From an uncultured Chroococcidiopsis sp. (lineage in GTDB: Bacteria; Cyanobacteriota; Cyanobacteriia; Cyanobacteriales; Chroococcidiopsidaceae), in NCBI GenBank assembly GCA_964248365.1, contig CAXTYC010000011.1:69322-133321 (forward strand): 64,000 nucleotides of DNA, written 5' to 3'. The notes under the pieces were generated by a model that was not told where the DNA came from, made no database searches, and was given only the letters and a program-made list of their open reading frames with translations. This document shows, piece by piece, positions 1-10,074 of the stretch. Position numbers and translations under genes: made by a program. Each line of letters begins with the position of its first letter. The stretch's first letter is position 1.

Positions 1-1063
1 CCGTTGACAAAATAAATTTGCGTTGCGTCTGTTCACTTGTGAGGTACTCAATCAGCCGCCATGCTTCTTCTTTGTGACTTGAAGTTTTAGAAATTCCCCA
101 ACCCCATCCACCTAAGCAGGAACCACCAATGTTTCCAGCCGAGTGCAGCATTGGCTTAATTGCAATCTTACCCTGGACTTTGGAACCTTCTTGATTTGCC
201 AGCCGCCAAACATAGGGCCAGTTGCGTAAGAAAACTGATCCGCCGCTTTGAAATAGGAAGCGGGTTTCTTCTTCCCCGTATGTCGTAACGCCAGGCGGAG
301 AAATGCCGTTATTAATTGTACTACGTAGAAACTCAACTGCTTTTATCGCCTGTGGCTGGTCAAGTCCTACATCTAAGGTTTGAGGATTAACCCAAAAGCC
401 CCCAAATCCTTCGAGTACCTCAACAAACATGGCAGATACACCCTCGTATTGCCTACCTTGCCACAGATAACCCCAAGGAGCTTTCCCCTGTTTGTGCAAC
501 TGCTGGGAAATTTTTACCATCTGCTCAAAGGTTTCGGGCGGTTGAACGTGGGCTTCTTTCAACAAGTCTGTGCGGTAGTAAAGTACCCCAGCATCAGAGG
601 CATGGGGTATGCGATACAGTCTGCCTTGGTAGCGTCCACCCTCAACGTTTCCAGAAACCCATTTTGAGATTTGTTCTTTGCTTACTCGGTCAGTAAGGTC
701 TATTACCCACCCAGCAGCGGCAAACTTAGGAACCCAGACAATATCCATATTGATGACATCGTAGGGTGACTGTCCTAGCAAAAAGGCAGAGGTGTAAAGA
801 TTTTCAATTAAATTGGTATCAAATGGTCCTTCGATAAATTGAACGCGGATGCCTGGGTTTTTGGTTTCAAATTCTCTGACAAATGGTGTCCAATTAGCAA
901 TGTCTTGACCCTGCATCAACATGGTAAGAACGACTGGCTGCTGAGCTAGCACTCTCCAGCCAATCAAAATGATGCTCAAGCTAAGTGCAAGAAAAATACT
1001 AAAACGGCGCAAAGTTCCAAGTTTTTGTAGGAATTGCAGCTTATTTAGTGTGCGGTAAAACAT
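1..1063 (-). CDS. Sugar ABC transporter substrate-binding protein (family 1 extracellular solute-binding protein); 3' end runs off the window
   Basis: Not in the ORF track because it has no stop inside the window. Read by hand from ATG at 1063: MFYRTLNKLQF...hydrophobic segment...SPYDVINMDIVWVPKFAAAGW...DAGVLYYRTDLL...GYLWQGRQYEG...FLRNWPYVW...GGWGWGIS, open to position 1. Confidence 0.9.
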   Translation of the reverse strand, partial: MFYRTLNKLQFLQKLGTLRRFSIFLALSLSIILIGWRVLAQQPVVLTMLMQGQDIANWTPFVREFETKNPGIRVQFIEGPFDTNLIENLYTSAFLLGQSPYDVINMDIVWVPKFAAAGWVIDLTDRVSKEQISKWVSGNVEGGRYQGRLYRIPHASDAGVLYYRTDLLKEAHVQPPETFEQMVKISQQLHKQGKAPWGYLWQGRQYEGVSAMFVEVLEGFGGFWVNPQTLDVGLDQPQAIKAVEFLRSTINNGISPPGVTTYGEEETRFLFQSGGSVFLRNWPYVWRLANQEGSKVQGKIAIKPMLHSAGNIGGSCLGGWGWGISKTSSHKEEAWRLIEYLTSEQTQRKFILST

Positions 1064-1404
1064 TCTCAAAGGGGTAATCATAAGTGGTAATATAACTGCT
1101 AATTGGTAATTGGTAGTTGGTAGAGACTTAGCACTGCTACCTTAGTACAGGTAATTGGTAGTTGAGAAAATAAAGTTATTTAAAAAAAAGTTTCAATTTG
1201 TTAACTTTGAACTTGAATAAGTTGATCCCCGTTAATTTTACTTATACTACACTAGCTTAAACTGGATTTATCTTGAGTTTTGCTAAAGTTAAAATTGTTT
1301 ATTTACCTAGCTAACAAATACTGTTATTTAAGGTACAATTTCAAGGAAAATAAAGTAATTAATTGTCGCTAAAGGTACAATAAATAACACTAAGAGTAGT
1401 AGAA

Positions 1405-1555
1405 TAGACGTATTGCATAAGGAGTCCCGCCCTCCTTTTTGCGTCCGAACGATCGCGGCTTTGCGCGGACACTTTACGTGGGGTCGGGAAACCAGCGCTC
1501 GTTTGTGTCCAAGTCTATTGCGAGAAACGAAAAAAAGAGTTTTGCAAGAGGTCTA
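1405..1555. mobile_element. Small MITE-like element with imperfect terminal inverted repeats
   Basis: TAGACGTATTGCA at 1405 and TGCAAGAGGTCTA ending at 1555 are imperfect inverted repeats around a GC-richer non-coding core in an AT-rich spacer. Confidence 0.5.
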
Positions 1556-1973
1556 ATTAGGAGGAGAAAAAGTTAAGTTTAATTAAATTAAAGATAAGAA
1601 AGTAAGTAAAACTTTGATTGAATCAGTAGTTATTATTGCTCAAGTGGTAAGGGTGTGCGCTGAGCTACTAACAAGCGATCGCACTTGGTAGGTAAACCGA
1701 TTAGCTCGTAGATTGGTAGCATTATAAGTGCGATCGCCCCGCCCAACTTCTTGTATTCTAGTTATAAAGCTAGTGTGCCACTATTTAAGATTGTCTGAAA
1801 ATTCCCTCCAGTCTTAGACAATCATAAAAACAATTGTAAGTAGTGTAGTATTTCTAGAGGTATTTATTATCTATTTCTGTATTTGACCTAGAAGCAGCTT
1901 GGAGAGAAAAAATAATTACGAATTACGTAGGGCGAAGCCCTTCTCGTGCGAGTATTACGAATTACGAATTATT

Positions 1974-3494
1974 ATGACTTACTTTATCGGCGTTGATATT
2001 GGCACTACCAGTACCAAAGCAATTGTATTTTCATCCTCCGGTGCAATCAAAGGTATGGGCAATCGGGGATATAATATTCTCGTACCTCAGCCAACGTGGG
2101 CAGAGCAAGATCCAAAAGCGATATTTGCGGCTATGATTTGCGCCATCCGTGATGCAGTTGATGCGGCTGGTGTATCAAAGGATATTGCAGCGGTTGGTTT
2201 TAGTACAGCCATGCACACCTTAATTGTAATGGATGCCCACAACCATCCCATTACAAACAGCATCATCTGGGCTGATCAGCGTAGTGTTAGCTCGTCTGAA
2301 AAACTCAAACAGGATGGAACTGGGAATGCTATATACCAACGCACAGGAACACCAATTCACCCGATGTCGCCGCTGTGCAAGCTAATCTGGATGCGGGAAT
2401 CACAACCCGATACTTTTCGCCAAGCTGCCAAATTCGTATCGATTAAAGAGTATATTTTATACCAATTGTTTGAGCGTTATGTAGTTGACTACTCGATCGC
2501 TTCTGCTACAGGTTTATTTAATCTACAGCAGCTTAACTGGGATAAAGAAGCATTAACACTAGCAGGAATTACGCCCTCGCAATTAAGTGAACTTGTACCA
2601 ACTACCTATATTTTGCAAGGAATGAAGGCGCAACACGCCGCAGCAATGGGGTTAGCGACTGATACACCGACTGTGATTGGAGCGAATGACGGTGTGTTGG
2701 CGAATTTGGGAGTGGGTGCAATTACACCAGACTCTTTTGCGATCACGATTGGAACTAGTGGAGCAGTGCGCCGTGTTACCCAGCAGCCAATTACTGATCC
2801 GCAAGAGAGAACATTTTGTTATTACTTAGCTGATAATCTCTGGGTAATTGGGGGAGCAATCAATAGCGGTGGAATTATTTTTCGGTGGTTGCGTGATGAA
2901 TTTTGTGCTGAGGAAGTCGAAGCCGCAAAGCAACTTGGGGTAAATGCATATGATGTGATGATTCAAGAAGCTGTTAAAGTACCAGCAGGTGCTTCTGGGT
3001 TAATTTGTTTACCGTTTTTAGCAGGTGAGCGATCGCCTTACCCGAATGCTAAGGCGCGGGGTGTGTTTTTTGGTGTTGGGTTACATCATACACGGGCGCA
3101 CTTTATTCGGGCTGTCTTAGAAGGAATTTTGTTTGCTGTTTACAGCGTAAATGTGGCTGTGCAAGATTTAACCGGAGCAGCGGTCGAACTTCGTGTATCT
3201 GGTGGTTTTGCCCGTTCTGAGCTATGGTTGCAGATGATGGCTGAAGTATTTGGGCAAGAGGTAAGTACGCCCGAAGTTTACGAAGCTAGTGGTTTTGGGG
3301 CTGCTTTGCTAGCAATGTATGCTGTAGGTGCGATCGCCCATTTGTCCGATGTGCATCAACTTATCCGCATCTCAAAACGTTATCAGCCACAGATCCAATC
3401 GAGTATCTACAAAGATCTTTTCTCCCTCTACCAACGTATCTATCAAAATCTGATAGAGGAATTTAACTCGATAGCCGATTATCAGCGCCAATAA
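1974..3494 (+). CDS. gntK: Gluconokinase, FGGY carbohydrate kinase family
   Basis: IGVDIGTTSTKA, FSTAMH, IIWADQRS, TGTPIHPMSP, LPFLAGERSP, GGFARS motifs. Start moved to ATG 1974 because the ORF-track extension reads through AATTACG repeats. Confidence 0.85.
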   Translation: MTYFIGVDIGTTSTKAIVFSSSGAIKGMGNRGYNILVPQPTWAEQDPKAIFAAMICAIRDAVDAAGVSKDIAAVGFSTAMHTLIVMDAHNHPITNSIIWADQRSVSSSEKLKQDGTGNAIYQRTGTPIHPMSPLCKLIWMRESQPDTFRQAAKFVSIKEYILYQLFERYVVDYSIASATGLFNLQQLNWDKEALTLAGITPSQLSELVPTTYILQGMKAQHAAAMGLATDTPTVIGANDGVLANLGVGAITPDSFAITIGTSGAVRRVTQQPITDPQERTFCYYLADNLWVIGGAINSGGIIFRWLRDEFCAEEVEAAKQLGVNAYDVMIQEAVKVPAGASGLICLPFLAGERSPYPNAKARGVFFGVGLHHTRAHFIRAVLEGILFAVYSVNVAVQDLTGAAVELRVSGGFARSELWLQMMAEVFGQEVSTPEVYEASGFGAALLAMYAVGAIAHLSDVHQLIRISKRYQPQIQSSIYKDLFSLYQRIYQNLIEEFNSIADYQRQ

Positions 3495-3632
3495 TTTCTA
3501 AATTTACACACCAGGAGTCAGGAGACAGGAGTCAGGAGAAACCAGGGGAGGTTATCTATGGCTATCTTTCGTGAGTAATTAACTATTCTATATCCAGGCT
3601 CCAGGCTCCTGACGTGGGTCTTCTGTCTCCTT

Positions 3633-3959
3633 TCATACACATCTAACTGCTGTACCACTCACAGCAACCATCAACATACTTCCACCGCCACTGGTAGTGA
3701 TAGTTTCGTAATCAATATCGATACCAATCACAGCATTAGCACCCAAAGACTGCGCTTGTTGAACCATTTCGCGCATGGCGGTATCTTTTGCTTGTCGTAG
3801 GGATTTTTCATATCCTGCCGATCGCCCACCTACAATATCGCGTATACCTGCAAAGAAATCCTTGAAAATATTTGCTCCCAGTATAGCTTCACCACTAACA
3901 ATACCCAGATGATCGACGATCTGCTTGTCTCCCACGTTACCTGTTGTTGTCAAAAGCAT
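3633..3959 (-). CDS. YbjQ/UPF0145 family protein
   Basis: [29 protein letters not shown]...[13 protein letters not shown]...VSGTAV signature. Confidence 0.9.
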   Translation of the reverse strand: MLLTTTGNVGDKQIVDHLGIVSGEAILGANIFKDFFAGIRDIVGGRSAGYEKSLRQAKDTAMREMVQQAQSLGANAVIGIDIDYETITTSGGGSMLMVAVSGTAVRCV

Positions 3960-4187
3960 GGTTTTTTATTTTCATTGGGTCGTAACTTTAATCATGAATG
4001 ATAAATTACTTTTTCATCTGTCTTGGAAAGTTCAAAGGAGAGTTGGGGAACCCCAACTCTATTTTTACCCCGACTTTCCGCTGAATATTTCTAATTGTGT
4101 AACACCAAAAAATTATGCTGACACATTTGGAATTGCTAAAATTCCCACTCATTAGATATGCTTCGCGTCAAAGCGTCTCTACAATCC

Positions 4188-4354
4188 TTAGATCTTGCAC
4201 CTATACCATAGTCCGCCTGCTAATTAATTAGCAGGCTAATAGCCAAAGTCTTCTTAAGAAGACTAACATTGGGTTGCAGTCCATTTCAATGGACTTGAGC
4301 TATTAGCCCAAAAAAGGAGTAAGGGGCTGTTATTGAAACTGGTGCAATATGTGA
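4188..4354. repeat. Dispersed palindromic/MITE-like repeat
   Basis: Ends AGATCTTGCACC ... GGTGCAATATGT are inverted; internal hairpins GCCTGCTAATTAATTAGCAGGC, AGTCTTCTTAAGAAGACT and AGTCCATTTCAATGGACT. Confidence 0.55.
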
Positions 4355-4417
4355 ACAATCCAAACTTGAAATTCTCAAAGCTAAAATATCAATAATAAGC
4401 AATCTGCCTTTGTACTC

Positions 4418-5149
4418 TTAGGTAGTTTTTTGAGTTAATAGTGATGTTTTGGTACGTGCGGCATTTACAAAAGCTTGAAAAATACGTTGCTGTAATGGAT
4501 CATTAATAGATAATTCTGGATGCCATTGTAGCGCGATCGCCCAAGCATGGTGTTTGTGTTCCAAAGCCTCAATCACACCATCAGCCGCCCATGCTGTAAC
4601 ATTCCACTCTGACGGTACAATACTAGCCGCTTGATGATGCCAAGACACTACCTTTACCTCTGTTGTACCAACAATCGCCGCCAAGCGGCTATCTGAGGTA
4701 ATATAAACACCATGCTCAACCGAGTGCAATTGATCTGCTCGATGAACTACAACTTCACCAAATTCATCCGGTAAGTGGGGTACAAGACTACCACCAGTAG
4801 CTACCACTAGCACTTCTAAACCACGACAAATCCCTAAAACTGGGATATTTGTAGCCAAAACCAACTGTGCGAGGGATATTTCAGAGCGATCGCGCTCTCG
4901 ATCTACATTATAAATTGTTGGATGCACTACCTGATTATAGATAGCTGGGTCAATATCACCCCCACCAGAAAAAATCAAACCATCCAACCGTAACAAAATA
5001 GTAGATAAATCAGGTTCTCCTGCTGGAATCAGGATAGGTACACCACCTGCCAAGCGCACCGCCTCTACATACAATCTAGACAGACAAAAACTGCCTTGAA
5101 GCATCTGACTTGAAGTAGTAATACCAATTAGTGGCGACTGGAATCCCAT
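4418..5149 (-). CDS. Gamma-glutamyl-gamma-aminobutyrate hydrolase family protein (peptidase C26, class I glutamine amidotransferase fold)
   Basis: LDGLIFSGGGDIDP, PVLGICRG (catalytic Cys), SWHHQA, LQWHPE. Confidence 0.88.
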   Translation of the reverse strand: MGFQSPLIGITTSSQMLQGSFCLSRLYVEAVRLAGGVPILIPAGEPDLSTILLRLDGLIFSGGGDIDPAIYNQVVHPTIYNVDRERDRSEISLAQLVLATNIPVLGICRGLEVLVVATGGSLVPHLPDEFGEVVVHRADQLHSVEHGVYITSDSRLAAIVGTTEVKVVSWHHQAASIVPSEWNVTAWAADGVIEALEHKHHAWAIALQWHPELSINDPLQQRIFQAFVNAARTKTSLLTQKTT

Positions 5150-5347
5150 GTTTGGTGTTGAATAATCTTTAATTGTTTCCTATTTTCTTTCACCTAACTC
5201 ATAATAGCTATGAGATGCAACTGGGTATTAACATTAATATCCCATTTTAGACTTTACTTTTCTATCAATTATAATGCAATTGCAGAGCGTGATCTAGGGA
5301 ACGTTTAAGATATTGTGTTGGAACAAATATGACAAAAAAGCATATAT

Positions 5348-5519
5348 GAGGTTGAGTCGAGATTTGTGTAAAAAGGTGCATTCTGGGTCTGAGTCGGCTT
5401 GATTTTTCTTAGGTAATGATGATTGAAAACAACCATTAGTAGCAACTTTTCAATTTTTTACACAGGAAGATTTTTTCACCCTAATTGCACGATTTTACAG
5501 TTATTTCGGCTCAACCCCT
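5348..5519. mobile_element. MITE copy 1 (about 170 bp)
   Basis: Ends GAGGTTGAGTCGA ... TCGGCTCAACCCCT are inverted; the body aligns by eye with 6642-6810 (shared GTAATGATGATTGAA.ACAACCATTAGTAG and CCTAATTGCACG.TTTTACAGTT). Confidence 0.7.
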
Positions 5520-5724
5520 CTTTGTTTCAATATAGAGCCGGAGAACGAGTTTTAAGGGCTTTGCTGCTCGCGCTATGAAGTAGCTTCGACTGTACTTATA
5601 AAAGATGCGCGCTACTTGTCTTAAAGATCTCAGCTATTGCCTACTTAGAGCAGATCTTAGGCTGATAAGTAGGTCTGACAGATAATTTGCCAAGTGGTCA
5701 AATAATTTGGCAAGCGACACCTAA

Positions 5725-6450
5725 CTAGGCAATTAGCTCAATCGCTCCAGTATCGAGGTTGTAGTAAGCGCCTACGACCTTCAAATTACCTTTTTTGACG
5801 CGCGGGGCTAGGATAGGCTGAGACTCTTTTAATTCATTAGTAACATACTTAATGTTGGCGCGTACAGCATTATCAACAGCATCACCTGGTTGATTTTTTA
5901 CTGACTCAATACCAGGGTCAATCGCTTGAGTAAATTTGCTCAGGTAACTGGGTAAAGGCTTGCCCGTGCGGATAGAATCAACCACAGCCGTCACGGCTCC
6001 ACAGCGACGATGCCCTAGTACTACCACAAGTGGAGAACCCAAGTTTTCTACAGCGTAGTCAATGCTCTCTAGCCCACCAGTTTCTACAAAGTTACCAGCA
6101 ACACGAATTGTAAACAAATCCCCTAGTCCCTGATCGAACACGACCTCTGGTGGTACGCGAGAATCAGAGCATCCTAGGATAACTGCGAAGGGGTGTTGGT
6201 TTTTGGCTAGTTCGTGTATACGAAGACGACTGCGGTCAGGGTTAAGATCTTTACCTGCGACAAAGCGCTTGTTACCATCCAGCAGCCGCTGTAGCGCTTT
6301 GTCAGGACTGATGCTCAGCCCTGACTCCTTCGCCACAACTAACTGTGGAGAGAGTAACTTAGGAGCCACGCTTGCTACCAAAGCTCCTGCTCCAACAAAC
6401 ATAAGCATACTTCGCCGAGAGATTCCTTCAGTTCTTTGAATTTCTGTCAT
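5725..6450 (-). CDS. Beta-class carbonic anhydrase with twin-arginine (Tat) signal peptide
   Basis: ISRRSML plus hydrophobic stretch; LGCSDSRV, IRVAGN and LGHRRCGAV zinc-ligand motifs. Confidence 0.92.
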   Translation of the reverse strand: MTEIQRTEGISRRSMLMFVGAGALVASVAPKLLSPQLVVAKESGLSISPDKALQRLLDGNKRFVAGKDLNPDRSRLRIHELAKNQHPFAVILGCSDSRVPPEVVFDQGLGDLFTIRVAGNFVETGGLESIDYAVENLGSPLVVVLGHRRCGAVTAVVDSIRTGKPLPSYLSKFTQAIDPGIESVKNQPGDAVDNAVRANIKYVTNELKESQPILAPRVKKGNLKVVGAYYNLDTGAIELIA

Positions 6451-6505
6451 TAGTACAACTTTTTTTACGTAGCAGTGTAGACCGCTTCTAATAATACATG
6501 AACTC

Positions 6506-6641
6506 TAAGGAGGTGGATTAAATAAGATTCAGAATTATGATATTTGTGGCTTAGCAGTATAATTCCTTTGCGGCAAATAATCATCAAACAAAATTTCTAT
6601 CGCTTGCTTGAAATTCTCTGTAATACAGTGCGACTCGTTTT
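6506..6641 (-). pseudogene. 3' remnant of an ISAzo13-like transposase plus element end
   Basis: ITENFKQAIEILFDDYLPQRNYTAKPQ resembles ISAzo13 transposase C-termini (..FDxxLPxWNY..P); truncated on its 5' side by MITE copy 2. Confidence 0.6.
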
Positions 6642-6810
6642 GGGGTTGAGCCGATATCCGTGTAAAAAGGTACAAGATAGTCTGACTTGGCTTGATTTTC
6701 TTTGTAATGATGATTGAAGACAACCATTAGTAGTAACTTTTCAATTCTTTACACAGTAATATTTTTCAATCCTAATTGCACGGTTTTACAGTTGTCTCGG
6801 TTTAACCCCT
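6642..6810. mobile_element. MITE copy 2 (about 170 bp)
   Basis: GGGGTTGAGCCGA ... TCGGTTTAACCCC inverted ends; same orientation and similar sequence as 5348-5519. Confidence 0.7.
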
Positions 6811-6921
6811 ATATTATCTAAATATATACAGAAAACTTCCGTTTATCCCTTCTAAAGCAGGGTAATATACGAAAAAATTATCTAGTGATGTAATCTAATC
6901 AAAGTGTAGTGATAACTTCGA

Positions 6922-7644
6922 GTGATTATGCTTAGAAAAATTGACAGAAATATCTGGGTTGCCGAACAACCATTTAGGTATTTTGGACTGAGTGTTGGCA
7001 CAAGAATGACGGTTATTCGTCTCACAAATAACGAGTTAGTTGTTATCTCTCCGATTCAAGTTGATCAAGAAACGATCCATCAACTTAATGAAATTGGAGA
7101 TGTTAGCCATATCATTGCGCCAAATCTTTATCACTATCTGTTCACGTCTAACTTTAAAGCTCTTTACCCAAAAGCAATCCTCTGGGCTGCACCTGGTTTA
7201 GAGTCCAAAAGACCTGAACTTCCTATCGATCGCATAATACAAGATGGAAGTTTTTTGGATGAAGTTGAATATTTATTGTTTGATGGGTTCAGAACCTTTG
7301 GCTTAAGTGGAGCTTCACCATTCAATGAATGTGTTTTCTTCCACCCTGAAAGTCACACCTTGGTATTAACAGATACAGCTTACCATTTCGATGAAAGCTT
7401 TCCACTGCTCACTCAATTAGTAGCTAGAGCAATTGGGGGGTACAAAAACCTAAGCCCATCATTGCTAGAGCGGAAGGCTACACAAGAAACAGACAAGGTA
7501 AAACAAGCAGTTCAAAAAGTACTTGCTTGGAACTTTGAGCGCGTCATCATGGCGCACGGTAGCATCATAGAGAACAATGCAAAGCAAAGGTTTAGAGAGG
7601 GTTATGAGTGGTTTTTAGGTACATCCCTGAACACCGCAGCCTAA
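6922..7644 (+). CDS. DUF4336 family protein (metallo-beta-lactamase-like)
   Basis: GTRMTVIRL, IIAPNLYHYLF, ECVFFHPESHTLVLTD, WNFERVIMAHG. Confidence 0.8.
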   Translation: MIMLRKIDRNIWVAEQPFRYFGLSVGTRMTVIRLTNNELVVISPIQVDQETIHQLNEIGDVSHIIAPNLYHYLFTSNFKALYPKAILWAAPGLESKRPELPIDRIIQDGSFLDEVEYLLFDGFRTFGLSGASPFNECVFFHPESHTLVLTDTAYHFDESFPLLTQLVARAIGGYKNLSPSLLERKATQETDKVKQAVQKVLAWNFERVIMAHGSIIENNAKQRFREGYEWFLGTSLNTAA

Positions 7645-7716
7645 CACTTGATTGGAGTGGATAGACGATCGCTCGCACGAGCTAAAATGTAAAGATATCT
7701 GTGATTTCCTTGCCTA

Positions 7717-8181
7717 ATGGAAACTACCATGCTTCCTCTAAAAAGCGATCGCCCTTCTCTATACGATACAGATTACCTGCAATGGATTAAGACGACTGTG
7801 GAGAAATTGCACAGTCGAGACTATGGGAATGTGGACTGGGATAATCTGATCGAGGAAATTGAGGACATGGGGAGGAGTGAGCAAAGAAGTTTAGAAAGTA
7901 ACTTGATTGTACTTCTACTTCACTTGCTTAAATGGCAATACCAACCTGAACGCAGAAGTGGCAGTTGGGAAAGCAGTATTATCGAACATCGTAGGCGAAT
8001 AAAGAAAGCTCTCAAAGAGTCTCCTAGCCTAAAACCCTATCTTGAAAGTATATTCTCTGAGTCTTACATAGAAGCAGTTAAACAAGCAAAAGCTGAAACA
8101 GGGCTGCCATTAGAAACCTTTCCTCTAGAGTGTCCGTATGAGTTAGCAGCCCTGTGGGATGATGAGTTTTTACCTCAGTGA
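7717..8181 (+). CDS. DUF29 family protein
   Basis: LYDTDYLQW, DWDNLIEEIEDMGRS, LLHLLKWQYQP, SPSLK, TGLP..FP..CPY. Confidence 0.92.
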   Translation: METTMLPLKSDRPSLYDTDYLQWIKTTVEKLHSRDYGNVDWDNLIEEIEDMGRSEQRSLESNLIVLLLHLLKWQYQPERRSGSWESSIIEHRRRIKKALKESPSLKPYLESIFSESYIEAVKQAKAETGLPLETFPLECPYELAALWDDEFLPQ

Positions 8182-8227
8182 GTTGAACTATTGCGGTTTG
8201 CGCTCTGGTAATTTCTTGATTGCTTCT

Positions 8228-9424
8228 CTAGCCCAAACGCCCCTCTAGTAACCAAGCCCTACGGTTTCGTCTTAGCCACAGTCCTAATAGTAGACCCAGC
8301 ACAACTATGCCTGTAAAGTAAGTCAAGGCAATTAACCGAATTCCTAGAGGCGGAGCCACTGGTGCAACTTCTATTTCTTGTGCCACTTGGAAGGGCTGAA
8401 ATTGGCGTGCAGCATTTGGTTGGGGAGAAACCTGTATTACTATCTTATGGGGTGCGCCATCAAAAAATTGCTGTTGCCATTTGAGTTTACCACTGTTATC
8501 TGGCTGGCTTTGATAGGCAAATGACACCCAGTTATCTTCTAGCTGAGTAGTTGTGACATTCAACAACACATCTGTTATGGGCTGACCTGTTTTTGTATCA
8601 ATCACAGAAACAGCGCCATTTAGAGGTTGTCCTACTGTAGCGTGGGTATCTGCCGATAAATGCAGTTTTAGACCCTCAGACTCACGAATTGCTGGAACTG
8701 CTATTGGGGACTGATGATGAGCGTGAGTATGGTTATCAGCCGAGGCAAATTCAGCATTGAAGTTAACTACAAGTAGGGTAGCGATCGCTAATATTGTTAC
8801 CCCACTTAATAACACTCGCACCCGCACTGGGGCAATCTCTCCTGGTTGTGTTTGCTGCTTACCGCCTATCACTAAACCACCCCCTAACCCAACAACTAGT
8901 AAAATGGCTGCCAAAATGCCAAAGTAGCGGTATTTGAGTGGATTTTCAGATACAGGTAGTGTAAGAGTTTGCTTGATGGGAGTGAAAGCATCCGCCACTA
9001 ACGGCGTGACATTTACAACAAGTTGATATTTACCTCGAATAGGTAGTATCTGCTGGACTTGTAATTTACCTTCGGGAGCGCGAGCCTCCACATTTAGTAG
9101 TTCAGTTCCCTCCACGATTGGAAAATCAGTGTGAAGCAAGGGATTTGGGGGAGGCGTGAGAATTTGTAAGTTAAATTTGGCATTCTCTAACGGCTTACCA
9201 CCAGCATCAACCGCAGACAGCATCAAACGTACTGGAGATTGAGGGTGATTAGAACCTAGCGGCGTAGCGGCTTCAGCTTCAAAGGGCAATATTTGGCTAA
9301 TATTTGGCTCAGTAGTCAACTGCACTGTTGATTGTGGCGACTGGGAAAATCCTACCCACCCATGTAAAACTATACCCACCAAGCAAATAGCGCCGATGAG
9401 CGCAGACAACTTGAATTTTGACAT
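8228..9424 (-). CDS. Hypothetical membrane protein with signal peptide, two similar soluble domains and a His-rich segment; candidate cobalt/cobalamin uptake partner
   Basis: N-terminal hydrophobic leader, three further TM-like stretches, DNHTHAHHQ; directly downstream of the CbtB-like gene. Start ATG 9424 preferred over 9448. Confidence 0.7.
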   Translation of the reverse strand: MSKFKLSALIGAICLVGIVLHGWVGFSQSPQSTVQLTTEPNISQILPFEAEAATPLGSNHPQSPVRLMLSAVDAGGKPLENAKFNLQILTPPPNPLLHTDFPIVEGTELLNVEARAPEGKLQVQQILPIRGKYQLVVNVTPLVADAFTPIKQTLTLPVSENPLKYRYFGILAAILLVVGLGGGLVIGGKQQTQPGEIAPVRVRVLLSGVTILAIATLLVVNFNAEFASADNHTHAHHQSPIAVPAIRESEGLKLHLSADTHATVGQPLNGAVSVIDTKTGQPITDVLLNVTTTQLEDNWVSFAYQSQPDNSGKLKWQQQFFDGAPHKIVIQVSPQPNAARQFQPFQVAQEIEVAPVAPPLGIRLIALTYFTGIVVLGLLLGLWLRRNRRAWLLEGRLG

Positions 9425-9454
9425 TTCTGGACTCCTGCTACTGCACAAGGACGA

Positions 9455-9643
9455 CTAATGACAACTAACCGTTAAGGTGTGATGACGTAGAGAGTGCATC
9501 GAATCGTGAACAGCAGGATAGGTAGTGAAGAAAATAGTCCAGAGAATCAACGCACATAAAGATATGTAAAGCGTTGCTTGCACAGGAAGGGATAAAGTAA
9601 AACGTACCGTCCGTTGCCAGATTGAAATAGAATGAGCTGTCAT
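9455..9643 (-). CDS. cbtB: CbtB-like small cobalt transporter subunit
   Basis: One TM helix followed by YPAVHDSMHSLRHHTLTVSCH (H-D-x-x-H-x-x-R-H...CH); directly behind a cobalamin riboswitch. Confidence 0.8.
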   Translation of the reverse strand: MTAHSISIWQRTVRFTLSLPVQATLYISLCALILWTIFFTTYPAVHDSMHSLRHHTLTVSCH

Positions 9644-9676
9644 CTGTACCTCGCAGATCTATTCTTGAATACTCTC

Positions 9677-10029
9677 AAAGTCGGTGGGCATTCTGGCTCA
9701 CTCAATTTTGGGTTTTAGATTTGCAATGGTAGTTGGTTAAAGGTGAAACGGGAAAGGTTAAAGGTGAAACGGGAAAGGTAAGGTGATTAAAGGGTGGACG
9801 CGCTTGTTTTGAATGAAACTATGAAGCTACAAACGAGAGCGCGACTATTCTATGCTTATCACCCTTGCCCCTTTTCCCTTCTTTATTTACCAATTACCAA
9901 TTACCCATTACCTATTCTCCACTCGCAAATCTAAAATCTAAAATCGAATCACAGTTGCGGGACAGCGTAGGACTTTCACCTAACTTTCCCCGTTTCCTCT
10001 AGCGGCTGTTCCCCACTAGAGGCGACTTT
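9677..10029 (-). promoter_or_regulatory. Cobalamin (B12) riboswitch with a long repeat-derived insertion
   Basis: Minus strand: AAAGTCG...AACGGGGAAAGTTAGGTGAAAGTCCTACGCTGTCCCGCAACTGTGA ... about 250 nt ... GAGCCAGAATGCCCACCGACTTT. The 5' AAAGTCG pairs with the 3' CGACTTT (P1). Confidence 0.85.
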
Positions 10030-10074
10030 ACACAAGGAGATTATCTTATCACTGTTTTTACCCTGGCAAATGAA

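Noticed and set aside
112..667. ORF-track entries 112-336 (-) and 380-667 (+)
   Set aside because: Both lie inside the sugar-binding protein gene (1-1063, minus), in another frame or on the opposite strand.
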